DNA from: Candidimonas sp.
Lineage (GTDB): Bacteria > Pseudomonadota > Gammaproteobacteria > Burkholderiales > Burkholderiaceae_B
DNA length: 33,679 bases
Assembly (NCBI GenBank): GCA_035514715.1
Contig: DATJCP010000212.1
Span: 1 to 33,679 of the forward strand
Direction: 5' to 3'
Shown: positions 22,238-30,829 of the stretch, piece by piece
Layout of the letters: the number at the start of each line of letters is the position of its first letter
Position numbering within the stretch: position 1 is the stretch's first letter
Notes under the pieces: generated by a model
Databases searched by the model: none
The model's input: only the letters and a program-made list of their open reading frames with translations
Told to the model about the DNA's origin: nothing
Program-made: the position numbers and the translations under genes

Positions 22238-22241
22238 GCAA

Positions 22242-25061
22242 CTACCCTTTATCCAGCAAATTGCGCAACACATACTGCATGATGCCGCCATGCCGGTAAT
22301 AGGCGGCCTCGCTGGGCGTGTCGATACGCAGCAATGCCTGGAACTCCACATCACCCGCCCTGACTTTGACCGTTGCAGGCGTCTGCCCGTCGTTCAGCGC
22401 GGTGATGCCTTCAATGTCGAAAACTTCTTCGCCTGTCAGGCCCAAGGTCTGGGCATTTTGCCCTTCGGCATACTGCAACGGTAGAACCCCCATACCCAGC
22501 AAGTTGGATCGGTGGATACGCTCGTAGGACTCGGCAATGACGGCACGCACCCCTAGCAGCACGGTTCCCTTGGCGGCCCAGTCTCTGGACGAACCCGAGC
22601 CATATTCTTTCCCAGCCAGGATGACCAAGGGCGTATTGGCTGCCAGATAGGCCCGCGACGCATCGAAAATGGTGGCAACTGGCGCGCCTGCCTGCGTAAA
22701 GTCACGCGTATAGCCGCCCTCGGTATCCGGCGCCAGTTGATTGCGCAGCCTGACATTGGCGAATGTGCCGCGTATCATGACCTCGTGGTTGCCGCGACGC
22801 GAACCGTAGGAGTTGAAATCCTTAGTCGCAACGCCGTGCTCTGACAGGTAAGCCGCCGCAGGCGAATTCTTGGCGATAGATCCCGCAGGGCTGATATGGT
22901 CTGTAGTGACTGAATCCCCCAGTTTGGCCAGTGCCCGCGCACCCGAAATATCGGATACGCGCTCAGGATGGCGCGGCATATTCTCGAAATAAGGCGGTTT
23001 GCGCACATAGGTTGATGCCGCTTCCCATTCAAAAATACCGCCCTGCGGCGTAGGCAGTTGCTGCCAGCGCTGATCACCCGCAAATACATCGGCATAGCCG
23101 CTTTTGAACATATCCGATACGATCGACGATTCAACCACGGCAGCCACTTCGGCAGCTGTCGGCCAAACATCCTTCAGGTAAACCTTGCCGCCATCCTTAC
23201 CGACACCCAGCGGATCATTGAAAAGATCGATGTCCATCGTACCGGCCAGTGCATACGCCACGACCAGCGGCGGCGACATCAGGTAATTCATTTTGACTTC
23301 GGCATGGATACGGCCTTCGAAATTGCGATTGCCCGACAGCACCGACACTACCGACAAATCATGTTCGGTGACGGCTTTGCTGACCTCGGGAATCAAGGGG
23401 CCTGAATTGCCGATACACGTCGTACAGCCGTAACCGACCAAGTTAAAGCCCAATGCATCGAGATAAGGCGTAAGTCCTGCCCGCTCGTAGTAGTCGGTCA
23501 CGACCCTGGACCCTGGCGCCAGGCTAGTCTTGACCCACGGTTTGCGGCTCAGGCCTTTGTCGACCGCATTCTTGGCCAGCAAGGCGGCCGCGATCATGAC
23601 GGTAGGGTTGGACGTATTGGTACACGACGTGATGGCCGCGATAACGACCGAGCCATGATCCACCTGCCCTTTAGTGCCATCGCTGAATGTAATGGCCACA
23701 GGCTCACGCCGTCGATGACCGTGGGCAGGAGCCTGGGCGGTGTGATCGGTAGGTTGGGCCGAACGGCGGCCGGCCTCGTCATGAGAAGGAGGATCGGACG
23801 CGGGAAACGAATCTGCCACGGCCTTATCGTAGCCTTGCTGGACTTGCTCAGGCTTGTCCACGAAAGCGGCCAGCGCCCCGCGAAAGGCCTGCTTGGCATC
23901 TGACAGCGCGATACGATCCTGCGGACGCTTGGGACCAGCAATGGAAGGTACGACAGTAGAAAGATCGAGCTCCAGGCGCTCGGAATAACGCAGCTCGACC
24001 TGCGGATCGTGCCACAGCCCTTGTTCTTTGGCATAGGCCTCGACCAATGCGATTTGCTCGGGCGAGCGGCCGGTCAGCGCCATATAGTTCAGCGTGACCT
24101 CGTCAATGGGGAAAATGGCAATGGTCGACCCATATTCCGGGCTCATATTGCCTATAGTCGCGCGATTGGCCAGCGGCACAGCCGCCACGCCCGGACCATA
24201 GAATTCCACGAACTTGCCTACCACCCTATGCTTGCGCAAACGCTCGGTGATGGTCAGGACCAGGTCGGTAGCGGTTGCTCCCTCAGGCAGGGAACCCGTT
24301 AGCTTGAACCCCACCACCCTGGGAATCAACATGGAAATCGGTTGCCCCAGCATGGCAGCTTCGGCCTCGATACCGCCCACGCCCCAGGCAACCACACCCA
24401 AACCGTTGACCATGGGAGTATGCGAATCGGTGCCGACACAGGTATCAGGATAGGCTGCGGTTACCCCATCGTGCTCTTGCGTAAACACGACACGCGAAAG
24501 ATGCTCGAGATTCACCTGGTGCACGATACCGGTTCCGGGCGGCACCACCTTGAAATCGCGAAAGGCGTTCTGCCCCCAGCGCAAAAACTGGTAACGCTCA
24601 AGGTTACGCCCGTATTCGATATCGACATTGCTTGCGAATGCACTGTTCGTCCCGAAAACATCCACGATGACAGAGTGATCGATGACCAGCTCCACCGGCG
24701 CCAGGGGATTGATACGGGCAGGGTCGCCACCCAGTTCATTCATGGCTTCACGCATCGCCGCCAGATCGACGACAGCGGGAACGCCAGTAAAGTCTTGCAA
24801 AACGACACGTGCCGGCGTGAACGCGATTTCTCGGCTAGGCTGGGCGTTGGCATCCCAGGCCGCCAGCGCCCTGATGTCGTCGGCGGTAATGTCGCCCCCG
24901 TTTTCAGTACGCAGCAAATTCTCGAGCAAGATTTTAAGACTGTACGGAAGACTGGCCACATCAAGGCCGGCTCCGGCAACGGCACTAAGCCGGAAAATTT
25001 CGTAGGGTTTGCCTTTGACATCCAGCACACCCCGAGATCCGAAAGTATTCACACTAGCCAT
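22242..25061 (-). CDS. acnA: Aconitate hydratase A
   Basis: QDFTGVP, IDHS, GTDSHT, Fe-S ligand motifs AITSCTN and [19 protein letters not shown] and [13 protein letters not shown] strong AGGAGG RBS precedes ATG 25061 (939 aa). Confidence 0.96.
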   Translation of the reverse strand: MASVNTFGSRGVLDVKGKPYEIFRLSAVAGAGLDVASLPYSLKILLENLLRTENGGDITADDIRALAAWDANAQPSREIAFTPARVVLQDFTGVPAVVDLAAMREAMNELGGDPARINPLAPVELVIDHSVIVDVFGTNSAFASNVDIEYGRNLERYQFLRWGQNAFRDFKVVPPGTGIVHQVNLEHLSRVVFTQEHDGVTAAYPDTCVGTDSHTPMVNGLGVVAWGVGGIEAEAAMLGQPISMLIPRVVGFKLTGSLPEGATATDLVLTITERLRKHRVVGKFVEFYGPGVAAVPLANRATIGNMSPEYGSTIAIFPIDEVTLNYMALTGRSPEQIALVEAYAKEQGLWHDPQVELRYSERLELDLSTVVPSIAGPKRPQDRIALSDAKQAFRGALAAFVDKPEQVQQGYDKAVADSFPASDPPSHDEAGRRSAQPTDHTAQAPAHGHRRREPVAITFSDGTKGQVDHGSVVIAAITSCTNTSNPTVMIAAALLAKNAVDKGLSRKPWVKTSLAPGSRVVTDYYERAGLTPYLDALGFNLVGYGCTTCIGNSGPLIPEVSKAVTEHDLSVVSVLSGNRNFEGRIHAEVKMNYLMSPPLVVAYALAGTMDIDLFNDPLGVGKDGGKVYLKDVWPTAAEVAAVVESSIVSDMFKSGYADVFAGDQRWQQLPTPQGGIFEWEAASTYVRKPPYFENMPRHPERVSDISGARALAKLGDSVTTDHISPAGSIAKNSPAAAYLSEHGVATKDFNSYGSRRGNHEVMIRGTFANVRLRNQLAPDTEGGYTRDFTQAGAPVATIFDASRAYLAANTPLVILAGKEYGSGSSRDWAAKGTVLLGVRAVIAESYERIHRSNLLGMGVLPLQYAEGQNAQTLGLTGEEVFDIEGITALNDGQTPATVKVRAGDVEFQALLRIDTPSEAAYYRHGGIMQYVLRNLLDKG

Positions 25062-25088
25062 GACGTAACCTCCTGTCTGTAAATGCAT

Positions 25089-25116
25089 GCTCCCAAGATA
25101 TGTTCAGCTTGGGAGC
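25089..25116 (-). promoter_or_regulatory. 9-bp stem-loop in the putative acnA 5' leader
   Basis: GCTCCCAAG-N10-CTTGGGAGC, a perfect inverted repeat ending 28 nt upstream of the acnA ATG. Confidence 0.45.
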
Positions 25117-25331
25117 GACGCTTATCCAACTACCATATCATGATCATCGCTTTCTACTGACAATGCCCCTATCGGTATCGCAAGTCAATGCCATCATGGG
25201 AATCCAGGTTACTCCCGACAATTGCCCACACTGCGCATCCGGCCACTCGCGGGTTTGCCCTTGCTGAACGCTATAGTCATCGAAACGCACTGCTCTGTGC
25301 TGTACGTAAGCTTTTCACATAGGAAGCCGCC

Positions 25332-25931
25332 ATGAGCCATCCCTCTTTTTTCGACAATGCCATCAAAATCACGTTATACGATCCTCTTGCGGAAATGCTG
25401 GGCGCAAGCGAAAAGGGACTGATCGAATACTCGTATACCGACGTCGTCAAGCTAGCCGGCCATTCCTGCCCGACCGTGGCTGGCGCTTACCTGATGAGCG
25501 TCAAGGCTTTGGGGCATTTATATGGCGATAGCATTGCCCAGCGCGGTGATATCAAAGTGGACTTTCAAGACGATCAATTGAACGGAGTCACCGGCGTAAT
25601 TGCCAATGTGGTGGGTTTCATCACGGGCGCTACGGTAGACAATGGGTTCAAGGGTCTTGCCGGACAATACGATCGTCGCAACTTGCTGTCTTTCAATGCT
25701 CCTATCGATGGCGATATCCAGTTTCAGCGCCGTGATACTGGGGCGAAGGTAACGGTCAGCTTCAATGCCGGTGTCGTTCCGGCGCCTCCTACGTTGATGC
25801 CTACATTGCAGCGGATTCTGGTGGGTTCGGCTACGCGGGAAGAGCGGGATGATTTCGGTAAGGCCTGGCAGGAGCGGGTCAGGCAAATCCTTGAAAACGC
25901 TGATCATCCGGAGTTGGTGACTTTTGCTTGA
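25332..25931 (+). CDS. FmdE-like (formylmethanofuran dehydrogenase subunit E domain-like) protein of unknown function
   Basis: VKLAGHSCPTVAGAY resembles the FmdE 'H-G-H-x-C-P' metal-site region. 199 aa. Confidence 0.6.
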   Translation: MSHPSFFDNAIKITLYDPLAEMLGASEKGLIEYSYTDVVKLAGHSCPTVAGAYLMSVKALGHLYGDSIAQRGDIKVDFQDDQLNGVTGVIANVVGFITGATVDNGFKGLAGQYDRRNLLSFNAPIDGDIQFQRRDTGAKVTVSFNAGVVPAPPTLMPTLQRILVGSATREERDDFGKAWQERVRQILENADHPELVTFA

Positions 25932-26007
25932 AAGCGGTCTTTCTTGACTCGTGCTGGGAGTGATTCCTGGCACCTGCTTTTTACTATCGGTGTTGGATGA
26001 TTCTTTA

Positions 26008-26090
26008 CACGCGTGGCAGGTCCTATGGGATGGTGTTGCGCTCCTCGTAGCCTTGGGATCGTCGCCCTTCGGCGCCGATCCACGCGTGGC
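26008..26090. repeat. Small REP-like structured segment bounded by CACGCGTGGC direct repeats
   Basis: CACGCGTGGC at 26008-26017 and 26081-26090. Internal hairpin GGATCG-t-CGCC-cttc-GGCG-c-CGATCC at 26056-26081. Confidence 0.5.
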
Positions 26091-26142
26091 CCGGGTTGAA
26101 TGCTTGGCTTTTTAGCGTGATGCCCGATGCAAATTTCTGATG

Positions 26143-26381
26143 CTTATGCCGAGACGTGGTGAACCGGTGTGGGCAGGGCGAATTTTGAGCGCGCCGCGTA
26201 GTCAGCCTGGATTGGCGGGACAAGGGCGCACTGTTTGAACGGGACGTTTACGGACAGCCAGTGGCGGTCCGTTCCCGTGAGTTTGCGCCCGTCGCCAAGA
26301 CTGGCTGACTACGCGGGAAATCCCGCAGGGACCGCAGCGATTATTCGCCAGGCCCGCACCGGTTCACCACGTCGGCTTAAG
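26143..26381. repeat. Long nested imperfect palindrome (REP/MITE-like element or structured RNA)
   Basis: Arms 26153-26183/26343-26373 (28/31 complementary), 26194-26217/26293-26316 (21/24), 26224-26230/26284-26290 (7/7), 26239-26244/26273-26278 (6/6) and 26250-26255/26267-26272 (6/6). Outer CTTATGCC/GGCTTAAG pair at 7/8. Confidence 0.85.
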
Positions 26382-26610
26382 AACAAGACGTCAAATCAAT
26401 TAAAAGAACAATTCCTCAAATCCAGAACAATTCGAATCAAACACAACGCACCAATCAAGAAAAACAAACACCCAAAACCCCAAAAAACAGCATCACCTGT
26501 TTCAATGGATTACGTTCCAGCGCCAAGCAAACCAGACCTTGCGAAGAATCAAAAAAACTTCATGAGAACCACAGACAATGACCTCACCACCCGCCATGGC
26601 AACACTAGGC

Positions 26611-26634
26611 GACATAAGGCATCCCCCTTATGTC
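26611..26634. promoter_or_regulatory. Perfect 9-bp inverted repeat upstream of the YceI gene
   Basis: GACATAAGG-catccc-CCTTATGTC, 45 nt before the ATG. It could be an operator or a leader hairpin. Confidence 0.45.
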
Positions 26635-26678
26635 ACCCACCATAAGCGGAAAAACAACCTTCTTATAAAGGACCCAAA

Positions 26679-27269
26679 ATGGCCCTGACATCAGCCAAAA
26701 TCAGCATCGCCACAGCAATCGCACTCACCAGCCTATCCGCCGGCATCGCCAACGCCGAGCCCATACGCTACGAAATAGAACCCACCCATACCTTCGTCAA
26801 CTTCGAAGTCACTCACTCCAAAACCTCGACAACACGCGCACGCTTCGACACAGTCGACGGCTTCATCGTGCTTGACCGCAAAGCCGGTACCGGCCAGGCC
26901 GACATCACCATTGACGCCAACTCCATCAGCTCCGGCATCCCCAGCTTCGACGCCCACCTGAAAAACCAAGACTTCCTGGACGTGACCAAGTCGCCTACCG
27001 CCAAATTCATCGGCACAGACTTCAGCTTCGATGGCGACAAAGTCAAAGCCGTCACCGGCCAACTGACCATGCTTGGCAAAACGGCCCCCGTCACGCTCAC
27101 AGCCAGCAACTTCAATTGCTACGACAATGCCAGGATGAAAGCGCACATTTGCGGCGGCGACTTTGAAACCACCATCAAGCGCAGCCAATGGGGCATGACC
27201 TGGGGCATAGACAAAGCCATTCCCGACGACGTCCGCTTGCTTGTCCAGATCGAAGCCATACGCAAATAA
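26679..27269 (+). CDS. YceI-family periplasmic lipid/polyisoprenoid-binding protein
   Basis: Signal peptide ending ANA, then YEIEPTHTFVNFEVTH, FDAHLKNQDFLDV, GQLTMLG, IKRSQWGM and VQIEA. AAGGA RBS. Confidence 0.92.
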   Translation: MALTSAKISIATAIALTSLSAGIANAEPIRYEIEPTHTFVNFEVTHSKTSTTRARFDTVDGFIVLDRKAGTGQADITIDANSISSGIPSFDAHLKNQDFLDVTKSPTAKFIGTDFSFDGDKVKAVTGQLTMLGKTAPVTLTASNFNCYDNARMKAHICGGDFETTIKRSQWGMTWGIDKAIPDDVRLLVQIEAIRK

Positions 27270-27381
27270 TCGGCTTAACCCCGCCCCTGCATGACGGTCA
27301 ACGCACTTGAAAAGGCGTTGGCCGCTTTCCATAGCCGCAAGCTATTGCATAGATTCATACAATCAACTTTCTCTCACTAAT

Positions 27382-27400
27382 AATATTGATTATCATTTAC
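27382..27400. promoter_or_regulatory. Putative Fur box upstream of the DUF2061 gene
   Basis: AATATTGATTATCATTTAC matches 15/19 of the Fur consensus GATAATGATTATCATTATC. Confidence 0.7.
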
Positions 27401-27425
27401 AAAAATCAATCATGCGGAGAAAATC

Positions 27426-27653
27426 ATGCGATTACTTGCCCAGAAAACCAGCCAAGTCATGCTGCACATGGCGGTTGCCTTTACCGTAACCTATGTATTT
27501 ACCGGCTCGTTAGCCACCGGAGGCGTAGCTGCCTTGGTAGAGCCCATCTGCAATGTCGTACTCATGCCGCTGCATGATCGCTTATGGAGCAAGTCTCGGA
27601 AAAGCCGTAAGAGCGCAGCAGAAAAGCCGGCACCACATCTCCAGTTAGCCTAA
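27426..27653 (+). CDS. DUF2061-family small membrane protein
   Basis: KT...LHMAVAFTVTYVFTGSLATGGVAALVEPICN......HDRLW pattern. GGAG RBS. Confidence 0.8.
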   Translation: MRLLAQKTSQVMLHMAVAFTVTYVFTGSLATGGVAALVEPICNVVLMPLHDRLWSKSRKSRKSAAEKPAPHLQLA

Positions 27654-27669
27654 GACGGGTAAAAAGCGA

Positions 27670-29895
27670 TCAGGGTGCAGCACTCAAAGAGGCTGGCTGT
27701 GCGGCAAGGCCTTTTTTCTTTTTGTAGACACTTAAAGGCGCTCCCAGCATTTTCCCTAGCTCGTCAGGCAATACTGGCCGGCTAAAGTAGAAGCCCTGCA
27801 TTTCATCGCAGCCATTGGCCTGCAAAAACAAGGCCTGTTCCAGCGTCTCGACGCCCTCTGCGACAACAGCGAGGTCCAGACCGCGAGCCATAGCAATGAT
27901 GGCCCGGGTAATTGCGGCATCATTGGCGTCGTGGTTCACGTCCTTGATAAAAGAACGGTCGATTTTCAGCACATCGATGGGAAACCGCTTCAGGCAACTT
28001 AGCGACGAATAACCGGTCCCGAAATCGTCGATAGCCAACGCAACACCAAGCTGGGACAACGATTGCAACGCGGAAATCGCCGCATCGGTATCCTGCATCA
28101 CGGTGCTTTCCGTAATTTCCAGCTCCAGACCAGCCGGATCAAGACCGGTCTCATGCATGACCTGTCTTATCTGACTTGCCAGGTTGGGCTGCTGGAATTG
28201 CCTTGCCGACAAATTCACTGATACACGCGGTTGCGGTAAGCCCTGCCTGCCCCAACTTTTCACCTGTTCACAGGCTTGCCGCAAAACCCACATGCCAATG
28301 TCGTGAATACACCCATTTTCTTCCGCGATAGGAATGAAAGTGGCGGGAGACACCCTACCCAACACCGGATGCTCCCATCTAACCAGCGCCTCTACGCCGA
28401 CCACGGCGCCCGACTTGAAACTCACCTTGGGTTGATAGTGAATAATCAGCTCGCCGTTCTCGACGGCGTGATGTAAAGCACTTTCCATCAACAACTGCTC
28501 GCGGGCGCCCTGCTCCATATCGGACGTATGGAAGCGATAGGCATTGCGTGTATCTCTTTTGACGCTGCCCATCGCCATATGCGCTTTGTGCAGCAGGCCG
28601 TTCTCGGTCGTTTCATCGGTGGGGAACAAGGCAATGCCTATGCTGGCGCTCAATAATATTTCATGCCCTTGGATACGGAATGGCATACGCATTTGCTGCA
28701 GCAGCTTTTCCGCAAGATGTGCCGCCAGGAGTCCATCGGGAATATGGTTTTGCAGAACAATGAATTCATCACCGGCCTGACGCGCGATCATGTCGTCAAC
28801 CGTTAATGCCTGCCCCATGCGAGCGGCGCACTCCTGAATGACCGTGTCGCCCACGACATGGCCGAACGTGGCATTGATTTTCTTGAACGAATCAATCCCC
28901 AAAAAGAGTACAGCCAAGGCGCTGCCGCTCTGGCGAGCGTCAACGAGCGCCTCCCGCAGTTTTTGTACAGCCAGCCCCCGATTCGGCAAGCCTGTCAGGC
29001 TATCGTGCGTCAAGTGCTCAAGCTGAGACTGCGCCGAACGGCGCAACTGTTGGTAGGAAGATTGAATACCGTCCACGACAATAGCGTAGTACAAGTATAA
29101 GCACGCAACAATTTTGTAAACATGGCCCACCACATTCGACAGGTCATCCGGTTCCCGGTACAACGTAAAGCAAATCTCGCTTTGCGCCATAAGTACCGCC
29201 GCCAATACCAGGTACCCCGCCTTGCGATGCGGCATATGCCGCAACAGCAGCACAGCCGCCAACAGATAGAGAGCAGTCACCGCGTACTCGCTCCAGACCT
29301 TCAGTGGCGTCAAGCCCTGCCCCTCAATAAAGGTAAGCGGAACAGCCTCTGGCCGGGACAGAATCAGCCAGTAAACCAGCAGTACAAGCCCCAATCCCCC
29401 CGCCACCGCGGCATAGCGGATACGGACGTTGACATACAAAACCCACGGCAACAGCGCAACCAGCAGCAAGGCTACGGCGCTGAGCATGCGCGCCGCCAGC
29501 CAGAAGGCAATACTTTTGGATTGTGAATTCGGCGTAATGAATTCCGGCATTCCGCTCAGCGATAGCAAGTGGCCCAGGTCCAGTAGGCCAACGGCAAGAA
29601 ACACGGCTGAAAAAATCATGACATTGCATGACATTCTGTTACCAGCCTGATGCCAGCCCAACGCAAATATCATGGCGGCTATTACCGCTGCAAATACCTC
29701 CATGGCTGTATGCAGCGGCAAATATGCCGCCCCCAACCTGATGGCATCAACAGGCTCACCGACAATGAGCCACAACAAAGGACAGGTAAATAGCGCTACC
29801 GTCAGCGCCAAACGCCAGAGACAGACGCCCCCTGACGGCTCGCCATCGAACACATCGCGGCGGATGCATAATCCCTCAACCATTATGAAAAACAC
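27670..29895 (-). CDS. MASE3 membrane sensor - degenerate GGDEF - EAL protein, probable c-di-GMP phosphodiesterase
   Basis: N-terminus has LHTAMEVF, LLDLGHLLSLSGMP, FWLAARM and GHVYK (MASE3-like). The GGDEF region has HDSLTGLPNR and AGDEF. EAL motifs are intact: EALVRW, ELEITES, DDFGTGYSSL, KIDRSF, EGVE, QG. Start is GTG 29895 or ATG 29883. Confidence 0.88.
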   Translation of the reverse strand: MFFIMVEGLCIRRDVFDGEPSGGVCLWRLALTVALFTCPLLWLIVGEPVDAIRLGAAYLPLHTAMEVFAAVIAAMIFALGWHQAGNRMSCNVMIFSAVFLAVGLLDLGHLLSLSGMPEFITPNSQSKSIAFWLAARMLSAVALLLVALLPWVLYVNVRIRYAAVAGGLGLVLLVYWLILSRPEAVPLTFIEGQGLTPLKVWSEYAVTALYLLAAVLLLRHMPHRKAGYLVLAAVLMAQSEICFTLYREPDDLSNVVGHVYKIVACLYLYYAIVVDGIQSSYQQLRRSAQSQLEHLTHDSLTGLPNRGLAVQKLREALVDARQSGSALAVLFLGIDSFKKINATFGHVVGDTVIQECAARMGQALTVDDMIARQAGDEFIVLQNHIPDGLLAAHLAEKLLQQMRMPFRIQGHEILLSASIGIALFPTDETTENGLLHKAHMAMGSVKRDTRNAYRFHTSDMEQGAREQLLMESALHHAVENGELIIHYQPKVSFKSGAVVGVEALVRWEHPVLGRVSPATFIPIAEENGCIHDIGMWVLRQACEQVKSWGRQGLPQPRVSVNLSARQFQQPNLASQIRQVMHETGLDPAGLELEITESTVMQDTDAAISALQSLSQLGVALAIDDFGTGYSSLSCLKRFPIDVLKIDRSFIKDVNHDANDAAITRAIIAMARGLDLAVVAEGVETLEQALFLQANGCDEMQGFYFSRPVLPDELGKMLGAPLSVYKKKKGLAAQPASLSAAP

Positions 29896-30124
29896 ATCCT
29901 ACTATTCGCAACGCAGGCACCGAATGAGAGAAATATAAAACCGGATTATCGAGGCTGGACCCTGCAGAACCCAGAACGCTTAATGACAATTAAAGATATT
30001 CAATTCAGAACTTATGCGAAAGTAACATTAAGTGGAGAAAAAATGTGCACTGCATCAAATTTTTTATGCCTAAACGACAACAACGTGAGTTTTAAAGCAG
30101 TACATGACACCCACCCTTCGTAAT

Positions 30125-30149
30125 AAAGATGATAATCATTCCGATTATT
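30125..30149. promoter_or_regulatory. Two overlapping putative Fur boxes upstream of the PepSY-TM operon
   Basis: 30125-30143 matches the consensus at 13/19 and 30131-30149 (GATAATCATTCCGATTATT) at 14/19, offset by 6 nt. A -10-like TAGAAT lies at 30155-30160. Confidence 0.75.
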
Positions 30150-30197
30150 TAATGTAGAATCCACGGCTTGTCTCCTCTCTACGCTTTGCCTACAGAC

Positions 30198-30827
30198 ATG
30201 ACTTCTCTTTCCGGCTCCCGACGCCGCTCGTATTGGCTGAAAACCTTGCACCAATGGCATTGGATGAGTGCCGCACTGAGCCTGGTCGGACTGATTCTTT
30301 TTGCCGCAACCGGACTGACGCTGAATAACGCCGCGTGGATAGAGGCCAAGCCGGAAATCGTATCGCAAACACTGGATTTACCGCCTGAACTCATCGCGTT
30401 GATCGCACCAGATACCCATACCCAGAAAAAGCGGCCCTTGCCAGGCCCGCTCCAGGCATGGCTAGACCAGCAACTGAATATTCATATCGACAATCGGCCA
30501 GCCGAATTCTCTTCCGATGAGATTTACCTGTCGCTGCCCGAACCCGGTGCCGACGCCTGGCTGTCCATTGATGTCGCCAACGGCGCCGTCGAATATGAAC
30601 GCAGCAGCCGTGGCTGGATCGCCTACTTCAACGACTTGCATAAAGGGCGCCATGCCGGCGTGGTATGGAGCTGGTTCATCGACATCCTCGCCATTGCCTG
30701 TCTGATTTTTGCCCTGACGGGCTTGTTCCTGGTGAAACTGCATGCAGCCAATCGGCCTTCGTCCTGGCCGCTGGTCAGCCTGGGCCTCGTCCTTCCCATT
30801 ATTCTTATGCTCTTATTCGTTCACTAA
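30198..30827 (+). CDS. PepSY-associated TM helix protein
   Basis: LHQWHWMSAALSL..L.FAATGLTLNN, FNDLHKGRH and LTGLFL motifs. ATG 30198 is preferred over TTG 30168. Confidence 0.88.
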   Translation: MTSLSGSRRRSYWLKTLHQWHWMSAALSLVGLILFAATGLTLNNAAWIEAKPEIVSQTLDLPPELIALIAPDTHTQKKRPLPGPLQAWLDQQLNIHIDNRPAEFSSDEIYLSLPEPGADAWLSIDVANGAVEYERSSRGWIAYFNDLHKGRHAGVVWSWFIDILAIACLIFALTGLFLVKLHAANRPSSWPLVSLGLVLPIILMLLFVH

Positions 30828-30829
30828 TC

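Noticed and set aside
26143-26381. Palindrome as a CRISPR array, attC site, tRNA or known riboswitch
   Set aside because: There is no repeat-spacer periodicity, no cas or integrase gene, no cloverleaf, and no aptamer consensus that I recognise.
26235-26645. 136-aa ORF in the intergenic region
   Set aside because: It has a TTG start inside the palindrome and no RBS. The K/N/T/P-rich composition and lack of stops follow from the A/C-rich, T-poor sequence.
30012-30368. 118-aa minus-strand ORF
   Set aside because: It overlaps the PepSY gene and the Fur boxes and has no protein-like features.
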